Source: the human T2T-CHM13v2.0 reference genome, Homo sapiens
DNA: 64,000 nucleotides
Strand: one strand, 5' to 3'
Assembly: GCF_009914755.1 (NCBI RefSeq)
Contig: NC_060943.1
Shown piece by piece: positions 41,114 to 56,700 of this stretch (positions are counted from its first letter, which is position 1; every line of letters starts with the position of its first letter). The translations under genes and the position numbers were made by a program. The notes under the pieces were generated by a model. That model saw nothing but the letters and a program-made list of their open reading frames with translations. It had not been told where the DNA came from and did not search any database.

Positions 41114-42093
41114 TGAAGGGGGCCTGCCCCTACACACCTGTGGGTATTTCTCGCAAGATGGAGATGAGAGACTGAGAAAAGAAATAAGACACGGAGACAA
41201 AGTATAGAGGAAGAAAAGTGGGCCCAGCGGACCAGTGCTCAGCATACGGAGGACCCGCGCCGGCACTGGTCTCTGAGTTCCCTCAGTATTTATTGATCAC
41301 TATCTCTACCATCTCGGAGAGGGGGATGTGGAAGGACTATACGGTAATGGTGGGGAAGGGTCAGCAGGAAAACATGAGAGCAAAGGACTCTGTCATAAAT
41401 AAGTTTAAGGAAAGGTGCTGTGCCTGGATGTGCACGTAGGCCAGATTTATATTTGAGTTTACACAAACATGTCAGTGCAGTAAAGAGCAGTATTGCCACC
41501 ATGATGTCTAGCCTCCAGCCATAAGATGGTTTTCTCCTATCTCAGTAAATATAATGTACGATCGGGTTTTACTCTGAGACATTCCATTCCCAGGGACGAG
41601 CAGGAGACAGACGCTTTCCTTTTATTTCAACTGCAAAGAGGCCTTTATCTCTCACTAATCCTCCTCAGCACACACGGTTTACAGGTGTCGGGCTAGGGGA
41701 TATAAGGTCTTTCCTTTCCCACAAGGCCATATCTCAGGCTGTCTCAGTGGGGGGAAACCTGGACAATACCCAGGCTTTCTCAGGCAAAGGTCCCTGCGGC
41801 CTTCCACAGTGCATTGTGTCCCTGGGTAACCGAGAATGGAGAATGGCGATGACTTTTACCAAGCATACTGCCAGCAAACACATTTTTAACAAAGCACATC
41901 CTGCCCAGCCCTAAATCCATTAAACCTTGAGTCAACACAGCACATGTTTCTGGAGCACAGGGTTGGGGCTAGGGTTACAGATTAACAGCATCTCAAAGCA
42001 GAAGAATTTTTCGTAGTACAGATCAAAATGGTGTTTCTTATGTCTTCCTTTTTCTACATAGACATAGTAAGTCTGATCTCTCTTTTCCCCACA
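41114..42093 (-). mobile_element. Solo HML-2 LTR (LTR5A-like)
   Basis: Minus strand TGTGGGGAAAAGAGAGATCAGAC...GGCCCCCTTCA; perfect 6-bp TSD CAGAAG (41108-41113, 42094-42099). Confidence 0.9.
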
Positions 42094-42899
42094 CAGAAGA
42101 CAGAGAAAATGCATTTACAAATTTTCTAAATAAATGTCCCAAGAAAAGAGGCAAAAAAAAATCTTTTTTTTTTCAAAGGAGGAATTATACCTCTATTTCC
42201 TTGTTTGTTTGAGACAGGGTCTAGCTCTGTCACCCAGGCTGGAGCGTGGTGGAGAGATTAGAACTCACTGCAGCCGTGAAATCCCTGGCTCAAGTGATCC
42301 TTTCACCTCAGCGCCCCGAGCAGCTGGGACCACAGGCGCACACCACCACACCTGACTCGTTTTTTGATTTTTAGTACAGACAATGTCTCACTACGTTGCC
42401 CCGGCTGATCTCGAACTCCTGGGCTCAAGCAATCTTCCTGCCTCAGCCTCTCAAAGTGCTGGGATTACAGGTGTGAGCCACCGCTCCGGGCCCTGACTTT
42501 ATTTCCATGAAATATGAAACCCCTATCCTCCACCTCCTGTGTGTAATAGGCAGTTTTGCTTGTCACTTTTCAGTTTCCATTATCCACTCAAACAACCCAG
42601 GACCTTGCTTAGTTTAATAAGCCGTTCTGTCAGTTCCCGCTGCAACCAGCGCCCCACTCCACCCCTTTACCGAGGTCCCTGCCCCTCTCCCCCGCCCTGC
42701 CCCAGACTGAGGGGAGCTCGCCCCGCCTGCAGGACGCACGACTCTACCTGCTCCAAAAAGGCGCTTTGCATTAAAACCATTTTCAATTTAAGAAGAGAAA
42801 CTATTCAGCGTTCAGCACACGTGGTCTACTACAATAAGTTGTTTTACCTTCGATTGTTTGAAATGTTAACTTAAAACGGGCAGGAAGCATCCATGTGAT

Positions 42900-43550
42900 A
42901 TTAGGGGTAACATCACGGCACAAGAGAATGAATCCACCAATCAGAACTCGGAGGATCCAGTCCTAGAGGGAGAGGATGACAGCAGGAGACATCCACGGCC
43001 CAGCTGAGAAAGCCCGAACCCGCCCCCTCCAGGCCTGGCCCTTTAGAACAACCCACCTTCCAGAGCCCGCCCCCTAGACGGCGTCAACCCTCTGGCCTGG
43101 CTCCTGCCCGCAGTCCGGCCCGGCCCCCAGGCAGCCTTCTCCCTTTTGCCCCGCCCCAGGCCCCGCCCCCACAGCGGCCTCCACTCTCTCGCCCCGACCC
43201 AGCACCTGTTCAGGCCCCGCCCGCTCAGCAACCTTTTCTCTCCTGCCCTGTCCCCGCTTAGTGTCCAGAACCCTCCCAGACAGGGTCCAGGACCAGCCCA
43301 TGGTTGTTCTGCACGGAGAGCCCGGGGCTGACGCAGGTGAGTGATTTTTTGTCTTTCTGCTTCAAACCTGCCTTTCTCAGCACCCCAGCCCCCAGTCCAG
43401 CCATACCAGGAATTTGGGTGCGTCGGGATGTTGAAATCCCCACGCGAGTTTGTGCAGTTGTCAGGGAGTCCCAGCTTCGCCATGGGAAGCTCGCAGACCC
43501 GGTGGCTCTGCAGCGTTTGTATCGTTTTAGCCCATGTCCTCCCCCTTTCA
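42900..43550 (+). promoter_or_regulatory. Orphan GC-rich promoter-like segment with a candidate plus-strand first exon
   Basis: CCAAT at 42937, several CCGCCC boxes (about 43020-43220), consensus donor CAG|GTGAGT at 43336/43337. Confidence 0.45.
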
Positions 43551-43805
43551 GGTGGCAAAATCTCGGCTCACCACAATCTCTGACTACTAGGTTCAAGCGA
43601 TTCTCCTGCCTCAGGCTCCTGAGTAACTGGAATTACAGGCGCCCGCCACTACACCCAGCTAATTTTGTATTTTTAGTAGAGACTAAAAATGTTGGTTACA
43701 CCATGTTGGTTATGCTGGTCTGGAAAACCCAATCTCAGGTGATCTGCCCACCTCGGCCTCCCAACATGCTGGGATTACAGGCGTGAGCCACTGCGCCCAG
43801 CCTCT

Positions 43806-43928
43806 AGGTAGCTTTTTTTAGTCTTTGTAGCTATGTTGTTTAGGAATAAAATGGGAGGCAGGTTTTTCTGTCCCAATTCCCAGCTTGACCTTTCTCTTTG
43901 GCTTGGTAATTTTTATTATCCTTTCACA
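43806..43928 (-). mobile_element. MER4-group LTR 5' fragment (paralogous copy at about 62560-62683)
   Basis: Minus strand TGTGAAAGG...AAGCCAAAGAGAAAGGTCAAGCTGGGAA...AACCTGCCTCCCATTTTATTCCTAAA. Confidence 0.6.
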
Positions 43929-44115
43929 AGCTCAGACAGACATAATGCTTTGACACAATGATATTGCTTTATATAGATTTTCCACATCAATAAAGTCCAA
44001 GGGTCTGTCATGAACTGGGTTAGAAGAGACGAGAAGATTCCCAGGAGACTCAGTCTCAAGCAATCCTCCCACCTCAGCCTCCCAAGGTGCGTGGACCACA
44101 GGTGTGATCCACTGA

Positions 44116-44413
<298 letters not shown>

Positions 44414-44511
44414 TAGCCAGGATGGTCTCGATCTCCTGACCTTGTGATCCACCTGCCTTGGACTCCCAAAGTGCTAGGATTACAGGCGTGAGCCACCACG
44501 CCCAATTGACG

Positions 44512-44828
44512 TTTTTTTTTTTTAAATAAAATGTTTCACATATTTATTACCGAACCTAGCCAACCAATGTGTTCGTAACAGAGTCAGAGATAAAAAATAT
44601 ATTCCCAATAAAACATGTCCAACTCTCCAGATAGGGGTGACATTTTCAGCTTGATATGGTTGCGTGATTGTGACCTTATTATCAGTTTTCATGCGAATCC
44701 ACTGGGGAATGGAACAATTCTGCTTTTGTTTCTTGGCCAGGACTCTCTTAATCCTGAAAGTCTTGTGAGAAGACATGGCAAGAAGCCAAGTCAAGCACAC
44801 ACTACGATGACGGAGAGAGGAGAAGGGT
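44512..44828 (-). pseudogene. RPL39 processed pseudogene, internally deleted
   Basis: ATG at 44776: [34 protein letters not shown] (RPL39 N-terminus); 5' pyrimidine tract; intronless; poly(A) remnant; about 100 nt missing relative to the 63-kb copy. Confidence 0.92.
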
Positions 44829-44855
44829 CTTGATTTTTTCTTTTTTTTAGACTAA

Positions 44856-44984
<129 letters not shown>

Positions 44985-45268
44985 TAGAAAGGCAGGAACC
45001 TGGCCAAAGGTGGGGAGCTTGAATGTTATTACCTTATTCCTGCTTGACCTTTACTGCCAACGCCAACACAAATGGTCAGAGGTCCCTTATATGAAAATCT
45101 TCATGATCTTGTGGGAAAACCCTGATTTTTGTAAAGGCTGCAAAACAGGCTCAAAAATAAATAAATAAATAAAATTACATTTAAAAGAGCCAGTTGCAGT
45201 GGCTCACGCCTGTAATCCCACCACTTTGGGAGGCCGAGGTGGGTGGATCAGCTGAGGTTAGGATTTCA

Positions 45269-45517
<249 letters not shown>

Positions 45518-45960
45518 TTAGCATGGTGTGGTGGCATGCATCACTAATCCCAGCTACTCAGGAGGCTGAGGCAGGAGAATTGCTTGAATGCAGGAGGTGA
45601 AGGTTCCAGTGAGCTGAGATCATGTCATTGCACTATAGCCTGAGTGACAAGAGCAAGACTCCATCTCAAAAAATAAAAATAAAAAACAGGCTGGGTAAAG
45701 TGGCTCAAGTCTGTTGGCCAGGCTGGTCTCAAACTGCTGACCTCAAGTGATCTACCTGCCTTGGCCTCCCAAAGTACTGGGAAAACAGGCATGAGCCACT
45801 GCACCTGACCCATTCTTCTTAACATTAACACTTTTTATGTCAATTAATGCGTGAACTCAATGTTAAGTCAACTCAAACTCAAGTCAATGTTGAATCAACT
45901 CTAATGTCAATTAAAGTTTTATGATTTTTTATATTCATTTTATTTGGAACAATTATCTCA

Positions 45961-46215
<255 letters not shown>

Positions 46216-46350
46216 TCACTGATGAACTACAAGTTATGAATGACGTCTGAAAAATTTGCCACATTTATTACACTTGTAGATCTCTCTTCAATATGGATTC
46301 TGTAATGATTTGCAATGGTTGTAGCATTACTGAAGACTTTGTGACAATCA

Positions 46351-48147
<1,797 letters not shown>

Positions 48148-48291
48148 TTAAGTACAGATGGTAAATAATAGTTGATATTCAGATGTGTAAAAATTACACA
48201 AAAAGCAATACTTATTTTAAACTTCCCAAATGTGATCTTCATAGTTTAAGAACACACTGTCTCTACTGAACATACAAAAATTAGCCAGTCA

Positions 48292-48528
<237 letters not shown>

Positions 48529-49181
48529 TTAGAGAAGATGACCATTCGTTTATGTGATGAACACTGTCACAGTGCTAGTGAGAGATGCTTCTGTGATGGT
48601 TCTCAAAAACCAGAATGAAAGGCCAAGCATGGTGGCTCACGCCTGTAATCCCAACACTTCGAGGCTGAGGTGGGCAAATTGCTTGAGGCCAGGAGTTCAA
48701 GACCAACTTGGCCAACATGGTGATACCCTATGTCTAATAAAAATATGAAAATCTGCCAGGTATGGAGGCATGTGCCTGTAATTCCAGTTAGGTTGAGAGG
48801 CTGAAGTACAAGAATTGCTTGAACTCAGGATGCAGAGGTTGCAATAAGATGAGATCAAGACTCTGCACTCCAGTCTGTTCAACAGAGGGAGACTCTGTCT
48901 GAAAACAAACAAACAAAAAGAAAACAAAACCACAAGCACAGCTGGAAACACTTGTCAATCAGTGTCATGCTTTCTATCTCGTATCCTGGGCCATGCTGAC
49001 CATTCTGCTCAGGGCTTCCAGGGACATCTCTTCCTAGAGCAGGATGATGTTCAATTGTATTAGTCAAAGTGTTCGTGAATTTTCTGTTTTTATGTAAAAC
49101 CACTCCAAAGAAGAGTCTCTAAGAAGCTGTCCATGACAGATAGGAGGGTCATCACCGCAGAAAACAATGACATGTACATCA

Positions 49182-49409
<228 letters not shown>

Positions 49410-49804
49410 CTAAAATAAAAAACACGTTTCAACAAAACATTATGGAGGAGTGAGTTATTGCCCTCACGTGAAATGAGAAAACAGAAAATAAGTATTGATT
49501 TGATCCAAGACTGTGTTCTGACAAATTTATGTTAAGGTATTTTTGAACAATTTTTCAGTATAGTTGCATTTTATTGTACTTTTTCATGATAGCTTTTAAA
49601 ATCCCCTAAGTCACTGTGGAAGTCTCAGTTTTATGGACAATATAAGGCCAGGAATGGTGGCTCATGCCTAAAATCCCAGCACTTTGTGAGACCAAGGCAG
49701 GTGGATCTCCTGAGCTCAGGAGTTCGAGCCCAGGACAATATGGTGTAACCCCGTCTCTACTAAAAATACAAAAAAAAAACCAGGTGTGGTGGCACACGCC
49801 TCTA

Positions 49805-50283
<479 letters not shown>

Positions 50284-52558
50284 AAATAAGTCCAGACATG
50301 GTGGCTCACACCTGTAATCCCATCACTTTGGGAGACCAAGGTGGGTGGATCACTTAAGGTCAGGAGTTAGAGACCAACCTCTCCAACATGGCAAAACTCC
50401 GTATCTACTAAAAATAAAAAAATTGGCTGAGCATGGTAGGGAGGTGCCTGTAATCCCAACTATTCAGGAAGCTGAAACAGGAAAATCGCCTGAACTCTGG
50501 AAGCAGGGGTTGCAGTAAGCCAAGGTCACACCATTGCAATCCTGCCTGAGCAACAGACTGAGACTCTTTCTCAAAAAAAAAAAAAAAAAGGTATATATAT
50601 ATTGCAAATAATGTATTTTCTACATAAACCGTGGGATTGGCTGCACACAGTAGGTACACCTGTAATCCCAGCACTTTGGGAGGCTCAGGCAGGTGGATAA
50701 CCTAAAGTCAGGAGTTTGACACCAGCCTGAAGAACATGGACAAATTCTGTCTCTACTAAAAATACAAAGTTAGCTGGGAATGGTGGCGCATGCCTATATT
50801 CCCAGCTACTGAACCTGGGAGGTGGAAGTTGCAGTGAGCCGATATCGTGCCACTGCACTCCAGCCTGGGCCACAAGAATGAAACTCCGTCTCAAAAAAAA
50901 CAAACAAACAACAACAACAAAAAAGAAATGAAACAAAACTGTCAAGGACTCATGAGTCTTCATTCAGAGAAAGCTCCAAGGAGGATTTAAAAGAGTGAGC
51001 TATCTTGTTTTCTACCTTGGAAACATGAAAATTTTCAGAACTTGCAGGATAAAATATCATAACAAACATTCATCAGACCGGGAGCAGGGCTCACACCTGA
51101 AATCCCAGCACTTAGGGAGGCCGACGTGGAAGGATCACTTGAGGCCAAAAGTTCGAGACCAGCCTGGCCAACATGGTGAAACCCCATCTGTACTAATAAC
51201 ACAACAATTAGCCAGGAGTGTAGCACGCATCTGTAAATGCAGCTACTCAGTTGGCTGAAGCGTAAGACTCATTTGAACCTGAGAGCCAGAGGTTGCAATG
51301 TGCCACTACACTCCAGGCGGGGAGGCCCTGTCTCAAAAAACATGCAAAAAAAAAAAAAAAAAACCCCATTCATCAAATAATTTTTTCTAAAATCTCATAA
51401 CGGTATATGAATACATTTCTAAAGGATTGCGCCGACTTGCCACAGAACTCTCAACAGCGATTCCCCACTGAGACATGGGAATGGGTGGAAGGCTGGACAG
51501 GAAAGGGGATGCATAAGTGCACTTTTCTTTGGACTTTTACTACACAACACATATATACATCATGTGATGTTTAAAATAAAAGAATTACTTAATAATAATG
51601 GGTAGAAAAAGAATGGCTCCATCCTCTCTAACGACGTAAGTTGTGCTCTTATGTCAGAGCAAACTTATAATCATTTTTACCTAAAATGTTTGCTTCATCA
51701 GAGTCCCTGTAAAAAAAACAAAACAAAACAAAAAACAAAAAAAAAGTCTCTGTGGGGTCAAAGTGCTGAGAATGATTTAAAGAATCCCCTGCAGTTAGAT
51801 ATTTATATTGATTTCATAATTTGAAGTCAATGATGGAATAAAGCTAACTCTATTACTGGTATCTATATCCGCTTTCCATTCTATTCTAAGACATTGAAAG
51901 TGCAGAGTCCTGCTGGGCTGTCTCACACCTGTAATCCCAGCAATTTGGGAAGCTCAGGTGGGAGGGCCACTTAAGCCCAGGAGTTCGAGGCTGCTGTAAA
52001 CTAGAATTGTGCCATTGCACTCCAGACTGGGCCCCAGAGTGACACCGTGTCTCTTAAAACAAAAGTTTGGCGTCAGAGACATATTGACTCACTAGTGTAG
52101 CTTCAAATGCATTACAAAATCAGACACAAAATATCTCCCCTAGTTTGTCTCCTCTTCCAGAATTTACCAGATTAACCAGTGAACATTAATGTATGACTTT
52201 CATATACAGTTTCTCTGATCTGGTCCACAAAGAGCTAAACATGCATCCAGATGTGGCCCCTGAACAATCCCTGCTGCCCAACATCACTGACACCATGGGG
52301 CCCACACCCCATCTCCATCCATGTCTGGTGTGAGCCCTTCCCAGGACCATGCCCAGTGGAGCCTCTTCCCAAGCTCATGTCACTAGGTTATAGGAGATGG
52401 AATTTAAGTGAAGATGAGAGGGACTGAGAAAAGACACGGGTGAGTGCGAGCAAACGTGTGATGTAGAATGCTTCACACTCAGAGAAGATTGGCTACTACA
52501 ATACCTGGCACTTCAGAAAGGAAAGAGACAGAAGAATCCACCAAGGAATATCACTTAC

Positions 52559-52621
52559 CTGAGGAAGAGCCATCCCTGGCTCCTTTTCTTTGCTCTTCTT
52601 GGTGGCTTCCTCACGTAACAT
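52559..52621 (-). CDS. ZNF816: ZNF816 start-codon exon, coding part (MLREEATKKSKEKEPGMALPQ); exon begins at 52636
   Basis: acatacag|GATTTCCAAAGACTC ATG TTA CGT ... CCT CAG|gtaagt. Confidence 0.92.
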
Positions 52622-53256
52622 GAGTCTTTGGAAATCCTGTATGTTAAAAAAGCAAGAGATTTAATATTTAGAAACCATTGACTCCTTTCCTGTGACAAAA
52701 CACACACACAGGGGAAACCTCACCCGAGAGAAAGATGGTCCTTTGCTACCCACTGCACCAGAGACCATGCAGAGATAAGAAAGTTCCACAGGAAGACCTA
52801 CAAATGTAATTTTGACCCGTTTTCAGATCTTGCTCCCCTCCTGGAAAAGTCCACACACACGCTGCAGCAGGACACAGATCTTCAGGGCACAGATCTAGCC
52901 CTAACCAAACTCCATGCAGAGCACAGCCCCCTCACCTCCCTGTGGATCACAGACTGATCTCAGCTCTCAACATGGAGGAAACTTCCTTGATGTTTAATGC
53001 TGGACACAGATAAGAATCACCAGTGCCATTGTAAGTATTATTGAGTGTGGGTCCCATCCTATTATAATAGCAATCTGATAAAACAGCATGCCTGTAATCC
53101 CAGCATTTTGGGAGGCCGATGCAGCTGGATCCCTTCAGCTCTGGGGTTGGACACCAGCCTGAGCAACATGGCGAAAGCCCATCTCTACGAAGAACACAAA
53201 AATTAGTGTGGTGTGGTGGCACGCAGCTGTGGTCCCAGCTACTCTGGAGGCTGAGG

Positions 53257-53736
53257 TAGGAAGCAGACCACCACTTCTCCTGCTGCCTTCCTCCCTCCCC
53301 CTTGCCTAGTTTATAAGACAGGAGGAAAGGAAGAAAGCAAAAAGTTAGAAAGAAACAGAAGTAAGATAAATAGCCAGACGACCTTGGTGCTACCACCTGG
53401 CCCCGGTGGTTAAAAATAATAATAATACCAACCCCTGACCTAAACTACTTATGTTATCTGTAAATTCTAGACATTGTATGAAGAAGCATTGCAAAAGTTT
53501 CTGTTCTGTTAGCTGATGCACGTAGTGTCAAGTCACATTCCCCACACTTGCTTGATCTATCATGACCCTTTCACGTGGATGCCTTAGAGTTGTAAGCCCT
53601 TAAAAGGGCCAGGAATTTCTTTTTCAGGGAGCTCAGTTCTTGAGACACGAGTCCTCTGATGCGCTGGGCCGAATAAAGCCACTTCCTTCTTTAATCCGTT
53701 GTCTGAGAGGTACTGTCTGCGGCTCGTCATGCTACA
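53257..53736 (+). mobile_element. 5' LTR (LTR2C-like) of a HERV-E provirus, inserted into an Alu
   Basis: TAGGAAGCAGACCACCACTTCTCCTGCTGCC...; CCCTTAAAAGG box; AATAAA; ends TGCTACA; followed by a PBS. Confidence 0.8.
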
Positions 53737-56700
53737 TTTCTTGGTTCCCTGACTTGGAAGCGAGGTAATTAACAGAAGGTCGAGGCAACCCCTTAGGTGA
53801 CTTAGGCCTGCCCTTTGGAGCATCCCTGCTGGGTACTCCAGCCAGCTTGGGCGACATGGATTCTGAGAGTGCTACCAGGTAGGCATGTGCCCCAGAAAGA
53901 TACTTAGCCTGGCCATCCGAACTTGCAGTGTAACCAGTGTGCTTACTGTAAAGAAATAGGATATTAGAAGGACAAGTGCCCTCAGCTAAAAGGAAAACAA
54001 GGTGGCTCAGAGCAGGAGGCCCCAGAAGGAGCCCTGTTCAATATAGCAGAAGAGTTACTGAACTGAGGAGGACCAGGCTCAACTGCCCCCAAGGAGCCCA
54101 TGGTCAAGATGACAGTTAGGGGCAAAGACATTGATTTTCGTATTGATACCAGTGCTGAACATTCAGTAGTAACCGCCCCGGTTGCCCCCCTTTCCAAAAA
54201 GACTATTGTTATAATCGGAGCCATGGGAGTTTTATCAAAGCAAGCTTTCTGTTGCCCCAGACTTGTACTGTAGGAAGACATAAAGTGATTCACCAGTTCT
54301 TGTACATGCCTGACTTGAAAGGACTTGAAAGGACTTGCTTAGCGAGCTGAGAGCCACCGTCTCTTCTACAGAGCACAGCTCTTTACAGCTAAGGTTACCC
54401 AGAACGGGAGTCATTATGGCCCTTACAGTCCCCCAGGAAGAGGAATGGAGACTTCTTTTAACTGAGCCAGGCCAAGAGATAAGACCAACTCTGGCTAAGC
54501 GGTGGCCAAGGGTGTAGACAGAAGACAACCCTCCAGGGATGGCAGTTAACCAAGCCCTGGTACTTATAGAAGTTAAGCGTAGGGCCCAGCCAGTCAGGCA
54601 AAAACAGTACCTGGTCCCCAGAGAAGATCTTGAAAGTATCCAGGTCCATCTCAAGAGCCTGAGAGCCTTTAGAATTACAGTCCCTTGTCAGTCTCCCTGG
54701 AACACTCCCCTCCTGCCTGTTCCCACGCCAGGGACCAATGACTACAGGCCGGTACAGGACTTGCACTTAGTCAATCAAGCTACAGTGACTTTACATCCAA
54801 CAGTACCTAACCCGTACACGTTAAGGTTGCTGCCAGCTGAGGACAGCTGGTTCTCTGGCTTAGACCTGAAAGACACTTTCTTTAGCATTAGACTAGCCCC
54901 TCAGAGCCAGAAGCTGTTTGCCTTTCAGTAGGAAGATCTGGGATCAGGTGTCACTGCTCAGTACTCTTGGACCCGGCTTCTGCAAGGGTTCAAGAACTCC
55001 CCCACCATCTTCAGGGAAGCACTGGCTCGGGACCTCCAGAAGTTTCCCACCAGAGACCTAGGCTGCGCATTGCTCCAGTACGTTGATGACCTTCTGTTAG
55101 GACACCCCATGGCAGTTGAGTGTGCCAAGGGAAAGGATGCCCTACTCTGGCCCTTGGAGGACTATAGGTATAAGTTGTCCAAGAAGAAAGCCCAGATCTG
55201 CTGACAGCAGGTACATTACCTAGGATTTACTATCCAACAGGGGGAGCGCAGCCTGGGATCAGAAGGAAAGCAGGCTTTTTGCAACCTACTGAAGCCTAAG
55301 ACCAGAAAGCAGGTGAAAGAATTCTTAGGTGCTGTGAGGTTCTGCAGACCGTGGATCCCAAACTTTGTAGTACTGGCCAAGCCTCTGTACGGAGTCACAA
55401 AGGGGCAGGACCAGGAACCTTTTGAACGGAGATCCCAACAACAGCAAGCCTTTCATGAGTTAAAAGAAAATCTTATGTCAGCCCCAGCCCTGGGGTTACC
55501 TGACCTGACAAAGCCTTTTACGCTGTATGTTTCTGAGAGAGAAAATACGGCAGTTAGGGTTTTGATCCAAACTGTGGGGCCCTGGCCGAGGCCAGTGGCC
55601 TGCCTCTCTAAGAAACTAAATGGGGATTCTAAAGGTTAGCCCTCATGTTTGAGGGCCTTGGCAGCAACTGCCCTGCTGGCAGAAGAAGCAGATAAACTAA
55701 CTCTTAGGCAAAACCTGAACATAAAGGCCCCCCATGCTGTGGTGACTTTAATGAATACCAAAAGACATCATTGGCTAATGAATGCTAGACTAAACAAGTA
55801 CCAAAGCTTGCTCTGTGAAAATCCCCACATAACCATTGAAGTTTGTAACACCCTGAACCCCGCCACCTTACTCTTGGTATCAGACAGCCCTGTTGAGCAT
55901 AACTGTGTAGAGGTGTTGGACTCAGTTTACTTTAGCAGGCTTGACCTTTGAGACCAGCCTTGGGCATCAGTAGACTGGGAGCTATAAGTGGACAGGAGCA
56001 GCTTCAACAGCCCACAAGGAGAGAGATGTGCAGGATATGCGGTAGTAACCCTGGACACTGCCATTGATGCCAGATCGTTGTCCCAGGGCACTTCAGCCCA
56101 GAAAGCCGAGCTCATTGCTTTAATTCAGGCCTTAGAACTCAGTGAAGGTAAGACTGAAAATATTTACACTGACTCTCGGTATGCCTTTTTAACCCTTCAA
56201 GTGCATAAAGCATTATATAAAGAAAAGGGCCTGTTGAACTCTGGAGAAAAAGACATAAAATATCAGCAAGAAATCTTGCAATTATTAGAAGCAGCATAGA
56301 AACCCCACAATGTGGCAGTCATGCACTGCAGAGGACACCAGCGAGCTTCCACCTCGGTTGCCTTAGGGAACTCCAGAGCTGACTCAGAAGCTCGAAAAGC
56401 AACATCCACACCCTACTGGGCATCAGTCACAGCCCCCTTGCTCCCTCAAGCACCTGACCTTGTACCTACTTATTCTAAAGAAGAAAAAGACTTTCTCCAG
56501 GCAGAGGGAAGACAGGTGATGGAAGAAGGAAGGATCCGGTCACCAAATAGGACAGTACCTGTGCCACAGCTGCTAGGAGCCACAGTTGTACTGGAGGTGC
56601 ATGAAACCACCCATCTAGGTCAGGAGTCACTTGAACAGTTGTTAGGCTGGTACTTCTACAGCTCACAATTGTCAGCCCTCGCCAAAACCGTGGCACAGCG

